From NCBI RefSeq assembly GCF_009914755.1, contig NC_060930.1: 64,000 bases of DNA; one strand, given 5' to 3'. Position 1 is the first letter of the stretch. Every line of letters begins with the position of its first letter. Below, one piece after another: positions 12,338 to 27,646 of the stretch. The notes under the pieces were generated by a model. That model was not told where the DNA came from. It did not search any database and saw only the letters and a program-made list of their open reading frames with translations. Origin of the DNA: the human T2T-CHM13v2.0 reference genome, Homo sapiens. Position numbers and translations under genes: made by a program.

Positions 12338-14225
12338 CTTTTCTAATACACATTTTGTCTTAGAATTAAGATTAACAGAAAAGTTAGAAAGATAGTACGG
12401 GGTCCCTACATACCCTGCATTCATTTACCCCATTGCTAACATCTTAAATTAATCCATTATATTCATCATAACTCCTCAACCAATATTGATATATTATTAT
12501 TAAAGAAACACCATCATTTATTTAGATTGTATTCCTTTTTCTCTAACATCTTTTGACGATTACTGGTAGTATTTTGCAGAATGTCCTTCATCTTGAGTTC
12601 ATCTGATATTTTTCTCATGTTAAGACCAGGGTTATGTTTGTGTAGAGAGGAAGACCACAGAGGTGAAGTGCCATTCCCAATATAATACAGCAAGAGAACT
12701 TATCTTCTCACTGATGATGTTAACCTTGTTCACCTCACTAAAGTATTGTTTTTCAGATTTCTCTGTTGTAAAGTTATTTTATTTCCCTCCTTTCTATACT
12801 ATATTATGTGGACACAAGTCACTAAGCACAGCCCATATGTGAGGAAGAACTCATGCTCTGCTTCCCTGAGGGTGCAGTATCTACCTAAATTATTTGGCAT
12901 TTTTCTCTATGGAAGATTTCTGTCTTCTCTCTCATTTAGTTTTCAATCGTAGTGGTACAGACTCACAGATATTTATTTTGTACTTTGGGTTATAATTCAA
13001 TATCTTATTCATTTTGTTGCTCACATTGTTTCAGCTTTGACCATTAAGCATTTTTTCAGTTAGAAAGTGTTCCTTTGAATTACCGCCATTGTTTTGTTTT
13101 TTGAGCAATACCCTAAATTTTAGCACATCAACATACTCCAGGTTCATCTTGTACACTTTCCCTCCCAGCTCTAGAACCAAACATTTCTCAAAGGAGCCCT
13201 GCTTACTTTTATTGGAGAATGGAGTTAGAAACTGTCTGAACGCTGGAGTACTCATTGCTTTTAGGCTTTCTCAGCAAATGGAGCAAGGAAATATATGTAT
13301 GCATACTAACACGTGTATTATATATACATATGTATATATATACACACATATATATAATTTTGCTTTTATATATCTATCAATATCTATATTAAGCTAGACA
13401 CAAGTCCCTACAAATATCTCTGATTCTAGTCTGGTACCTTATGCTTCATTCCAGCCTTTCCTCCTTGCTTCTCTGTAACTGCTAACTCCAACAGAAAAAA
13501 CCTGGCTTCTACCACCTGCCATCTATTTACTTATTGTTCAATTCTAGTATATATGTGCAGAATTTCAGAATTCTTAACCTGTACTCCCATGACAAACAAC
13601 TTTAGCAGCAACAATCCAATGCTTATGTATAGTTTCCTGGTCTTTATTCTTCCAGTTTTCAGTCATTTCCAAAGTTATTTAGCTGAATACTTATTTTCTC
13701 CACCCTTTTCAGTGAGATTATATCACACGTTTGTAATACAGTTAGATTATTTTGACACAGTCTGCATTCTATCCTGGGATCTCCTGTATTCCTGGTTGAT
13801 TTTTTTTTAAATTCATCTATTAAGCTTTATTCTTAGTCCTTGAAGTCCTATGGATTTTGAGAAAAGGAGGGGTCAAACAGTATCATTTTGATTCATTCCT
13901 TAGTCATAAAAACATCTTCAGTTCTTCAACTCATCTTAGTCAACATTCTCCCTTCCCAAAGGCGCTGGTGCCATTGATAGATTTTCATCTCTATGGTTTT
14001 CCCTTTTCCAGAGTATCATTTCGATGCAATCATATGGTATGCAGCCTCACAGGACTGATTTTTTTTTCACTTGGGAATATGTACTTACGATTCATCCATG
14101 TTGTTGTATGGATTAATTAATAGCTTATTTGATTTGATCATGAAACAACATTCCAAAGTATAAATCTGTACTTTTTGTCCATTATCCTGCTGAAAGACAT
14201 TTTGGCTATTTCTGTTTTTTGACAT
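12338..14225 (-). mobile_element. L1MC/L1MD-type 3' region
   Basis: acagaaaagttagaaagatagtac...ggaagaccacagaggtgaagtgccattc...catttctcaaaggagccctg; degenerate flanking duplication ctaccatttt/ctatcacttt. Confidence 0.75.
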
Positions 14226-14469
14226 CTATCACTTTTTAACCAACCTTGAAAGTCACACAGCATCACTTAGGTTACATTAAATTCATTAGGAGCAAGTCAC
14301 GAACATCAGCCCATATTCAAGTGGAGAGAAATTAAACCCAACCTTTTGTAGGATGAGCATCAAAGTGTTTGTGGTCATATCTTAAGACCACCTCAAAAGG
14401 ATAAAGAAAAATATCCTGACTGTCTTCAGGGATTCTTCAACTCTCCAAACTCAGTTCATGAGTGTTGGA

Positions 14470-15111
14470 ATAATTATCTATTGCTATGTAACAAATTATC
14501 ACAAACTCTGCTTCTTAAAATACTATTCATTTATTATCTCACAGTTCTGTGGGTGGGACATCTGGAACAGGGTAGGTTCTTTGCTCAGGATATCACAAGG
14601 CTAAAATCAAGGTGTCGGTAGAACTAAGTTTTTGTTTGAAGGCCATAGGGGAGAATCCCCTTCCAAACTCATTTAAATTTTTTGTTTGTTTGTTTTGTTG
14701 TTTGTTTTTTTCCAAGCTAGATTTGTTTATTTGTGCTTATAAGACTGAGGTCCCTGTTTTCTTATTGGCTGTCAGCTGTCAGCGGGGGATAGCTCTCAGC
14801 CCCTAGAGGATGCCCCTCCTCACTGGCCCTTCACAATGTAGCTGTTTGCTTTTTCCTAGGTCAGCAGGAACACGTGTCTCTGACTTCTTGCTCTGCTTCT
14901 TTCGTATCTGAAGTCAAAATCTAGATGTAAGGGGCTCATGATGAAGCCAAGTCCACCCAGATAATTTCCCTTTCTTAATGTCAGTTGTGCCATATAACAT
15001 AATCTAATCGCAGAACTGACAGCCATCACCCTCATTGTACTGGGGATTATTCAAAGTCTATACACCAGGACCTGAGGATCTTGGGGGTCATCTTAGGATA
15101 ATATCTACCAC
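14470..15111 (-). mobile_element. MLT1E-like LTR
   Basis: ctattgctatgtaacaaattatcacaaact...cacaaggctaaaatcaaggtgtcgg...gactgaggtccctgttttctt...tctaccaca. Confidence 0.75.
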
Positions 15112-15553
15112 AATCATGGATTATACTTAAAGTAAATGGCATACCTTTGACCAGCTATTGGAATGTCACAAAGGAGAATTTATTTGCATATGCTTTCTTG
15201 AGTGGCAGAGTAGAAATCTCATTGAAGTAGATATTGAAGTATGTATCTACTGAAGTATGTATGGGGCATTATGCACACAATAATAATGTAAAAAAGTATT
15301 GGTTTTTAACTTTTAGGTTCAATTCACAGATGAATTATGAAGTTTTGTCATAATAATGGAGTAGAATTTAAATGTCATCAATCTTGACAATACAAAAGTC
15401 AAACTATGGCTCATGCAAGTTGGTGGGTGGAAGAAGTATGAGAAGTAAAGAAATGATTATGGGTATTGATATACTTATCTAGCAATAAAGGGATGGTATA
15501 TACTGTCTAAAATTGAAAAACAAACAAAAACTTAAAAAAACAGAAGTTTAAAT

Positions 15554-15777
15554 GAGAGGTTAGCAAAATTTTTCCTTTAGAAGGCCAGATAGTAAATACT
15601 GTAGGCTTCGCAAGTGATACGGTTTCTGTTGCAACTACTCAGGCCAGGCATTGTGGTATGAAATTATCCATACAGAACCCTAAACAGATGGATAAGGCAG
15701 TGTTTCAATAAAACCCTATTTACAAGAACTGGCAGCAAGCTGGATTTTGCCTACAGGCCATGGTTTGTCAATCCTTG
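15554..15777 (+). mobile_element. MER58A (hAT-Charlie MITE)
   Basis: aaggccagatagtaaata...gttgcaactactca...caataaaac...tatttaca; 8-bp TSD gtttaaat/gtttaaag. Confidence 0.85.
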
Positions 15778-17394
15778 GTTTAAAGAATATTCTTTAAAGA
15801 CATAAAAAGTAAAGTAGTGCTGTAACTTTATTAAGAAGAGGTGAGGATGAAGCAGATTTTTAAGTAAGCTAAATCTTTACAGCCACAGCATAATAAGCAA
15901 TAAATGATGGCTAAAGTTAAAACATCAAGAAGTGGTACTATGAACAATCATTTAGAGAAAATTGAGGCAATTAATTTAAACACTGAAATCACAGATTATT
16001 GCTTCCAGGGAGTGTGTTTGCAGTGGGGAGAGATGGGGTAGGAACTACTGCTTGTAAGCATAAACTACTTTGTACTATGAGAACTTAAATATTTACATAT
16101 TACCTTGATGACAATTTTAAAGAATAAACTATTGAATAAAACAAATTTGTAGACAGAGCCTCCATTTACTAAATTGATTGACCCATTATTGGTTTTGATT
16201 ACTATTATTATTAAAATCTAATTATTCCGAAGAATATATTATTTCTTATTATTTATAAGGCTACAGCAAGAGTTTTTATAAATTCCATGGTAAAATTTAG
16301 AGATTGTATGTAACTATATTGATAGAATTTCCTTGATGACCAGATTTTGCCTTATTTTTTTTATAAAAGACTAGTAGACAACGATATGACATTAGTAAAT
16401 TTATGCAGTTTTCTAAGAACTAAACAACCATTCTGTGAATACAACTTTGCAGGAAAAAAACAGTATTTATTTCAATTTTATGGTGAAAATTTCTGTTTGT
16501 CCATTATTAAGATTTATGGTGATTTTCCTGTTCTGTATGTTCTTTAGATATTCTTGGCAGTGGTTCAGCTATCTCATATGTGAATCTCCCTGAGACTACA
16601 GTAATTTTCCATGACACCATTTGTTCTAGTCAGAGATAACATTTTAGCCCAACAGCCTGTACTTTATAATATTCTTATCTTTAAGGACTTCCATTCCACA
16701 TTACTAATGCTTATTTTCTATTTTTTAATGCAAATGCTATTTTTCTTTATATAAGAAGTGAAATACAAATGAGACAAGTAGTTTCATTTTTCCTTTGGTA
16801 TTTGTTATTATGATTCGCTGTAGGCAACAAATCAATATTGTATTTGTTGCACATCCAAACATATGAAACATGAATTCCACAAAACTTTTTATTGAGTTAT
16901 AGGGTACCCCATTGATTTGTAATCAAAAGAAAATGCCAGTGTGTTTTCTGAGCATTGCATTATTTTCATAAAATTATAGGCAATGTGTTACTATCCATTG
17001 GAGAGTATTTTATTAAAAACTATTAATAATAAAATCAGCACATCATCAAATTAACAATTTTTATGGGTACTATTAATTTGGTTAACTCTCAGATTGTTCT
17101 TTCTATGACCATATGATTATGAGAAATGAAAACATAATAAAAATACTCATGGAAATTAGAAAACTGGTTCAAATTAACCTATTACAGTTTTGTTTTTACA
17201 AGTGTTTTCACTATTTAAAGAAATATAATATGTCACTTATTTTGAGCAAACTCAAACAAATGTTAATCTTAAAATGAAAAATGAAAAAGCACTCTCTCTT
17301 AAGATTATCAGTCTAAACTATACCTAAGTGTAGCAACCAGAAAATTTCCTAATTATTTGACTTGAAGTGTCTAGTAATATTTATAACAATATTT

Positions 17395-17640
17395 GTAATA
17401 AAACTAACATATATGTCCTACTTACCACTTGTCAGGAACTATACTAAGTGCTTTATATATACAGCATTTCCTTTAATTCTCTCAACACTCTACAAATATG
17501 TGTTATCCCCTTTTAAATACAGCAGAAAACTTGGGTCTGAGGTATTAAACATTGTGCCTTGCAGGATAAACATTTGAACAAAAGTTAAGCTCAGCAGAGG
17601 CTGAATTTGAATTAAGAAATTTAAATTCAGTTCTCACTTC
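17395..17640 (-). mobile_element. MIR
   Basis: ctaacatatat...tgtcaggaactatactaagtgctttata...gaaaacttgggtctgagg. Confidence 0.65.
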
Positions 17641-18279
17641 ATAAATTTTTCTGTGAATAAAGAGATAGAGGAACAGAGAGGAAAGATAAAACCCTGAAAT
17701 ATGTTCATACCCAAAAAAGGGGAAGGAGGGAAAGTAGGCAACCTGTAAAGCTTTAGATAAAAAAAAAAGAGATGCCCGTTAGAGTTTCATCAGCTGAAAG
17801 TATAAATGCCCTAAGTTGGGAAAATATTTCTGTTCTTTTAACTGATATTATTTGACTATCATGAAAGGAGAACCAGGAGAAATTTGGAAAGAGGAATTTG
17901 AAGCCGTGTTCTTTTAAAGAGTTAGAGATTAGAGACAAGACAGCAATGACAGTGATGAAAATGGTTGACAAGAAAGGGTTAGGTGAAACAAGAGAGACGT
18001 GCAGGATTGGAAGCGATAGCTTTATCATACACAGATGGTTCTGAATTGCTAGGCATATAGGCTATCCTAGATACAGGATGAAATAATGACGGAACTCTTC
18101 CTGGTATGGGAGTGAAGGGGATGTGTTTAATTTGGAGCTTAAAAGCTATCAAAACCATATACATTGTAGAAAAAAAGTTGAAATCCTGAAAACCATTTAA
18201 CCATGTTTTAAGATTTTGTCATATATTGTATCCATACCCTCCAACAAAGGTACACACACACACATGCTTCTAGATCTGC

Positions 18280-19088
18280 ATTATTTCTCTCTGTGATAGC
18301 ACCACCATGTACCCTGTTAACCTCATGTATGAACCTAGCGGTCATTTCATACTCGCTTTTCTATTCTACTCACATCTGTGCAATCAACAAGCCCTTTCAA
18401 TTCAACCTTCTAAACATCTCTATTCTCCTGCTCTTGATAACTATAATGGCCTCAATGTAACTCACCCTGTGCATAATCTTTCCACTCCTACAACTCCCCA
18501 ACCCATTCTCTGCACTGCCTCCCAGCTGATATTTTTAAAGCACGCATACCCACTTACACACAGTGATTATAAGGTATCTATGTTCACAGCTCTGCAAGAA
18601 TTACTTATGTCAGTGGGAGCAGTCGTTTGAAATGCAAGGTTGTTCAAACATCATTTCCAGCCTCAATGCATACCACCACCACCCTTTGCCCCCAGCAAAA
18701 TTGAGCTAACTTTATTTGCTTAAACATGTCTTGCTCCCTCCTACCTTTACACTGGCTGCTCCATTTGCTTAGAATATTCCTTCTCACCTATGCATGGACT
18801 AGTCCACTTGGAAACCTTCTGAAAGTTATAATCACTTCTCCAGTCTTAAAACTTTGACTCCAAGGCAGGCTTATATGCTTGTCCTCCATGCTGTCTCCAA
18901 GTGCTCTGGACATGTCTTTACTCCTGCAGTTATACTGGGCTATAATTTGTTTTCTTATGTGTCTCCTTTTCCTACTTACACCTTAATCTTAAAAGTTGGA
19001 CTAGCTCTTTAAATTTTATAATTCCTATGTCTAGTATAGTTGCTGGGACACAATAGTTTTATAAACAGTTGTGAATAATAGACGAATT
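18280..19088 (+). mobile_element. L2 3' portion
   Basis: cccattctctgcactgcctcccagctgatatttttaaa...cctttacactggctgctccatttgcttagaat; ends with an L2-like tail. Confidence 0.7.
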
Positions 19089-21494
19089 AAAGTAGTTTAT
19101 TTTTAATTAAAATTTCTTTCCTCTAGTGAAGACCTCCAGCTATTACACTAAGTTCATGACACTTTTTTGTTTGTACATATATGGAGGAATATTAGACTGT
19201 TTTCTATTTCAAATTTATTTGAAAATATTTGTAATCAAAATGATTGGATTTACTTTCATCCAGAACTTGAAATAAAACACGCTTTGCAAAATAATTTTTT
19301 ATCTTTCTTCTCACAATCACATAAAATCCTATAGAGAAATATAAACAGAATCTGTACTTGATGTTAATTCTGTGAGATTGGAATTAACAGGCAGTGCTGA
19401 AAGGATGATTCTTCATAGCACAGGCATCTTTTCTAAAGTAAAAGTATTTGGGGCTACAAAGAACTCATGTCCTCATGCTGCCTACAACAATGTTTTAATA
19501 TTGGAGGAAATATTTCCAGTACACCACCTTATTAATTTTTAAACAGAAGAAAATTTCTTTCAATACTTTATAACAAATCAGTATCAGCTGATCTGTCAAG
19601 CTTATCATCATGTGAATAGTATAAGAATATATACCCTAAAGTAGTTTTAGTCTATACAGAGTATTGTTTTGCAATAGGAAAAACAAATTGCTACCAAAGG
19701 GTTTACAGAAACTGAAACAATCATGAAAAAATTTACTCAATTTAACAACTGTTCAATTCAACTACTGGTGACTGCACACTTATTAAATACTCAATTTTTT
19801 TAAAAAAAGAAAAGTATATGACACATCCATACTCTGGGTACTTATTTTGCAACTTAGAAAATTGAAGTGTAATACTAAATACATGAAGTAAATGAGACGA
19901 GGATATGAGGGCAGAATAGTTTAATTTTTAATATATTCTGTTAAAGTTTTCATACGTTAGATGATCCCTATCACCATGATTGTGTTTTGCGTCTGACACA
20001 ACAGACAATGGAATTCTTGGTGGCCAAAGAGTGAAGATGAGTAGAGTTAGAGTGCTCCATTTCTCAAGGGAGCAGGGACCTCGCTTCTACCCAGAGAAAT
20101 CTAGTGATAAATTTCTTTTTATTTTAATATAACTGGTTGAGCTGATTGGAGTGGGGAGGTGGAGGGAGCAGATGTTATGGTGGGAGGGGTCTGTGAAAGA
20201 GGGAAAAAAATAAATCCCTAAAAGCAGAAGATGAGTGGTTCCTAAAAATATATTGTTATTAAAATGTTTGTTTGAAATTTTTCCTCTTCCGCCTTCTAAA
20301 AGAAAACATAGAAAGGAACATAAGGTTAGAGTTTAAAATATGCATCCATATGAGCAATGCCTCTAAAGATATTTGTGTTACTGAGTTATAAATCATAGGA
20401 ATCATCTGTGAACTGTATAAAAAGTGGAGTTTCCAAGGCAGGTTTGGAAGGGTTTTATAGAAAAAGCAAGGGACCTACCTTTAAGAAAATGGGTAGTCTA
20501 AAACTTACTCTACACATCATTCATAATCTAAAAATTTCAAAACACTAAAAGAATATTTGTCTGAGGGAGTCTAAATATGAAAACTAAACTCTTAATTATT
20601 AATTTAATTTGCATTTTGTTAGTAAGATGCTGTAGTGATAATAAATTTGCAATCCCTCTGTACATAACATTCATTGATTTATGAATGCCTCTATAATTAT
20701 TTAAAGGTGTTTCTAATACAAAATAATTACAACATAATAAATGAAAATGTGGTACTTTTGAATCTAAATTTTGTATGTCAGAAAAACAATTACTTATCAA
20801 TCATTTCACCTAGAATAAAATAAAGTTATGACTTTCTAAAATTAAATATGATGAGCCAGAAAAGCTTAATTTCACTTCATTCATGGATTTATCTCATATT
20901 CCTTAACGAAATGTAATATGAATTAATTTGCCATTTTGTCATTAAATCTAGGTGGCACTACCAGTTAATGTACTAAGTGAGAACCATTGTTGTTATTAAC
21001 AATACTTGTAAAATAAAGTACTATAAATATAACAAAGCGGTTACTGGAGATATGCCAAAGCTGGCACTGCAGATCAATTGATCACCCTAACTTTTGTGGA
21101 TTCAGGTTGTTCGCCGCAGTACCAGGACACTGCAGTCATCTCCCAACTGCCCACAAAATGAAAATAGCTGGCATGCATATGGAGATTTTTTAATTGCAAA
21201 GAAAGTCTGATAGTGGATCCTAGAATAACCACACTTCCTTCGTGCTCCCCCACTTCTGTCCAAATCTGAAAAAGACCTCCATATGCTTTAAATATTATAG
21301 CCTGACACATACACCTATGCAATGAAAACTTACTCTGAGCTTCCTTATCACCTCCCTCCAAGTAGATTACCTTATATCAGAAATTACATGGAACGCATGG
21401 AATGTCTTTGCAAAAATGTATCCCACAAACTTCACAGACAGGAAGAAGCCAATGTGAAATCTACTATTTAATTCTGGTGGCTTAAATTAGCTAT

Positions 21495-21715
21495 TTATTC
21501 ACTAAGCATTTTTTCTTTCAGTCCAGACAAATAGTGAAACTATATCTGCCAACCTCCCTTGCTATTAAGTGTGGTCATGTGGCCGAGTTTTGGCCAGAGA
21601 AATATAGCAGACATGGTATATACCCTGTAAAGCCTTCCTGTTATCATGTACTCTCTTTCTTCTCACATCTGACAGCTGGATGTTGATGGCCAGTACTGTT
21701 CTGGAGTCTCATGTT
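21495..21715 (+). mobile_element. MLT1I/J-like LTR fragment
   Basis: caacctcccttgctattaagtgtggtcatgtggccgagttttggcca. Confidence 0.55.
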
Positions 21716-22016
21716 AACTTCTGTTAAAAAAAAAAAAAAAACTAGTCTACAGTATGTAATCTAGTTAACAGATAAGGGCTATGAGGAGACTAAGGCTTAT
21801 TATGGTCAAGTGTCCTGCACAATTAAACTAGAAGCTTCCAATTTTGTATAATAGTGAATTCCACTGCCCTATAATTATTCCTGTTTTACAGCTGGGAAAA
21901 ACTGACAAGGTCACAGATGCCCCTTTCACCTTTTCTAATGATTGATATTAATGGCTTCTTCAAATTATGAGTATGTTCAAGACCATGTGCTTCTCTTCTT
22001 TGGAATTTGATGAGAT

Positions 22017-22125
22017 TCGTTCATTCAACAAATTTTTTTGAATACCCATTATGTACCAAGTATTGTTCTAGATTCTTGGGAAACACAGTGAAAAAATACA
22101 GGTAAAGAATCTTGCCTTATAGAGT
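22017..22125 (-). mobile_element. L2 3' end
   Basis: ttcattcaacaaatttttttgaatacccattatgtaccaagtattgttctag. Confidence 0.7.
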
Positions 22126-22389
22126 AAGTTTCTATGCTGTAAATACCTGATGTAGAGAGAATTGATTAATTACAGTGCAATTAATTAAGCAAACATTTTT
22201 AAGCCACTGGTAGTCTTGCATTTCTGCAGCACATTCAGGGAGGACCTTTGATGTTTAAAATAAACACTAGACGCTGTGAAAATATGAAATGCCAAGTCTA
22301 ACCTCAAGAATGGTCTCCATGGACAGATAAGCCAGAGATACACACAATTTCTATCAGACATCTTTAAGTACCACTTTACATCCTCTCAG

Positions 22390-22941
22390 CATGACCTCTT
22401 TCTGGACCTTCATCCACCTTTGATTGCCAATTGCCATGAAGTCGGCCAGCTTTGAATGGGCTCAGACTAATCTCTTATGGACAGAACCTGACAGTGCTTG
22501 GGTACTGTCCTCACTGCTCCCTTTCACCTCCCATCCTTGAGCTTTCCTGTTAGTGCTAAACTTCAAGCTGCAGAGAGAATGACTCAAATGCAATTGAGAA
22601 GAAAGAGGGCATTAGCACATCATAGAACAAACTTTTGACCAGTGGAAGACAGCAGCCAGCATATAATTATTTCTCGGTTCTGCACTCTGCACAGAGTCCT
22701 GAGATGCACCATTTATATGGGCTCTATGAGGATGATTCCTCAAGAAAAACCAATTAGTTGTACTTGATAACAAGCAGTACCCATGTCAGGAATTCACTCT
22801 CTTGAGTTTAATTTCTTCTCTTTCCCTATATCTTCCTCCCTTTTCTCCTTACCTCTGCTTCTTTATGATTATCTGATCTGGTTAACTATTAGCATACACA
22901 ATTTTGCCCCTGTCTCTGCTTTCTAGGAACACTTATTACAC
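22390..22941 (+). mobile_element. ERVL LTR, LTR16-like
   Basis: aacttttgaccagtggaagacag...tgcccctgtctctgctttctaggaac; strongly diverged. Confidence 0.5.
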
Positions 22942-23369
22942 ATGGCAAAATGTGGCAGTGATCACAAGAGATTTGTGAATGATGTGATATGAGGGTATAC
23001 AAAAATAGATCTGTTTCTCGGTGTGGTTTCTAGGTATGTCAGGAAAGTCAAGGAGAAGGTGGGTTTTTAGGGTTTATTTTAAAATATTAATATATTCCTG
23101 ACAGATGAAGAAGGATACAATTGGCGTTCAAGTTTGAATAATGTTGCAAATGTGTGTGTGAAGGTAATTAATTGTGGGATGTGACCACAAACAGTAAACG
23201 GGGAGAAGGTTCTTTAGAAGAAAGTGGAAGTTAAGGCTAACATTGAAGATGGTGAATACTATAGACACACAATGCTAAAAATAACACACACTTCTTTCAG
23301 GTTACCATGTTTGATGCCAAGTCAATAGGAAGCCAGAGCCTCATGAAGGGGATAGAGAAAGAGACCGGA

Positions 23370-23550
23370 CAGTGGTTGAGAAGCATCTTCTCAAATTGTA
23401 TCTTGCATAAAATTTTTCTGTACAAAATTCTGGGTCCCGTCCTTTGAGATTGTGATTCAGGTCTGGAGAGGGGCCTTGGGTCTTCATTTCTACTAAATTT
23501 CTAGATGCTGCTGCTATATCTATTAGGCAACCACATTTTGAATAGCACTG
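23370..23550. mobile_element. MER5-type hAT MITE
   Basis: cagtggtt...ctgggtccc...tgattcaggtctggagaggggcc...accacattttgaatagcactg. Confidence 0.6.
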
Positions 23551-24174
23551 GTTTAGAAAATGTCTGTCCTTTCTACATATCAGTCCTAGAGGTGGCTTGG
23601 AACTCTGTGTTTTTCAAATTGGAATATTCCCTCTTTAGCCATCCTTTAAGTGCTTTCTGAGTACATGTGCACTTTACATAAGTTAAGACATTTATTTAAA
23701 GCAATGTATACAGCATCTAATTTGTGCACAGCTCTATGGTTGATGCTGACAGAGAAACATTGCCAGCTAAGCCTGAGAGATTAACTTTTCTAATTATCTC
23801 AACACTAACCCACATTCTACAGAGGAGATTGGGTTTCTGCTGCAATAGGACACAGAAAAGAAAATTTTAATGGGCTGGAAGCATCCAGAGGGACATGAAA
23901 AAGGAAGATTTAGAGAGATAAGATGTCAAACATGGTCTCATCTTCCTGTTGTAATTTTCCTGACTCTCTGCCACTGGGTATTATTTAGCCAAGGAGGTGA
24001 TCAGTCTTTGAGTAGGTTTCAAATACAAAGAAGAAGCAGAATGTAGTGTATGTAATCTCAAATTTGCCCATTGATTTCACAGATTCCTAGGTCCGTTTCT
24101 GAGTGCCGCACTTCACTTCAGGAGGGAACAAGACAGAATAAAACAAGCATGTAATATGAGGTACCATGAAGAGA

Positions 24175-24420
24175 ACTGGGATACTTATTGTGAAAAGTAG
24201 ATTCATTGTGCTAATGGGTGTTGACTATGACAAATATTATTTTCTAAAAGGCTGCCATATGAGATACTAGAAGCTAGAAACAAAAGAAAAGAAGGGTAAT
24301 GTATGGAAGTTAAAATGAAACAAACTGGATCAATCTTTATAAAATTTGTCCACAGGAAATGTGCTGCTTGGTGAGAAAGAAAGTTTGATCGTTACTGGAG
24401 CTGTTCAAGGTGAGTCAAGT
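24175..24420 (+). mobile_element. Possible L3/CR1 remnant
   Basis: aaaggctgccatatg...gtatggaagtta...tactggagctgttcaag weakly resembles the CR1 3' region. Confidence 0.35.
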
Positions 24421-25429
24421 TAGCTGACTTCTAGTTGGAAATACATTTTATAATGGTTTAGAAAATCCTTTGCCAATAATTCCAAGTTGATAGAAAAAAA
24501 ATGACTTTTCTTTTTTGTAATTGCATATTTGCACAAATTCCAGAAGACCTGAATTCATAGGTGAAAATTTCATTTTGTTCATAGTACTAAAAACCGTATA
24601 GATGAGTGATTTAAAACATAATATGGGAACAAAAAAGCCATCCTCTGGTCAGGGCACTGGGTCTGCATTAAACACAGCAGGGCCCTGGTGAACATTTAAA
24701 GCCCTCAGTGGGAAGTGATTATCTTTCTACTCTCTAGGTTTGCCTGAAATTACCCAGTCTTGTCCATGCTGAGTCCTGAGTGTTAAGGGAAATTAATTGA
24801 TGGTTTAATAAGTGAGAAATGAAAAGAGAGTTATATTCTGCTGTGCTAAATTTTAAATAGAGTTTCATTTTCTTGTAGTGTCCATTAACTTATATTCACC
24901 TAGAATGCGAATTACTTAGGTTGTAATTTGAGACCTAATTAGAGTAAAACAATTTATCTTATTGCTGTTGAGAATTCTTTACCAGGTACTCTTAGCAGCA
25001 TAAATTTTGAAAATGGTTAAACTAGGAAATTCTGGCAACCCATTTATTTATGTCTTAATGAGAGAAAGGAAAGAGAGAGAGAGAGAGAGGCAGAAAGGGA
25101 AAGAGAGAGAGAAGAAATAACACCACAAATTTTAACACATAGAAAGAGAACAGGGGGACACATAAAATATCAATCATAAAAGGTCTATGGAGTTCTTTTT
25201 AAAATGTCTCTTCCTAAGTTTTTCATGCACATGCTTAAGAGTCGGCACCATAAAAGCAAAAGCATAATGGATAGTAAAGTATGGGACTTGTTTCCCTTTA
25301 GTTATAAAGGGGATACATGTTGTATTTTCCTATGTCAGAAACTATTATTTAATTATTTTTTAAAAAAAATTTAATGGCCAGAATTAGAGTTTCTAGAGAA
25401 ACTCAAAGACAATAGAAAAGACAAAAACA

Positions 25430-27545
<2,116 letters not shown>

Positions 27546-27646
27546 AATATATATTCTATTTTTATACTGAAGGAGCTGAAGACACAATTTATACACTTTT
27601 GAACAACATAAAAGACTAGTGGTATATAAACCATTACAATCAGGTA

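Larger units (their letters stand above)
11781..14395 (-). mobile_element. MLT1H-like LTR, split by L1 pieces
   Basis: ccagcatagtggcttcgggatagttagacatcttacatg...gaaacgctaccatttt resumes as ttgaaagtcacacagcatcact...cagcccatattcaagtggagag. Confidence 0.7.
11420..16140 (+). mobile_element. Ancient L1M/HAL1-like remnant, fragmented by later insertions (about 11420-11780, 14396-14420, 15120-16140)
   Basis: ORF1-like A-rich sequence: aagaatatttccagagc...atcattgtaaaatcttagaaaacagga resumes as aggataaagaaaaatatcct. Confidence 0.45.
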
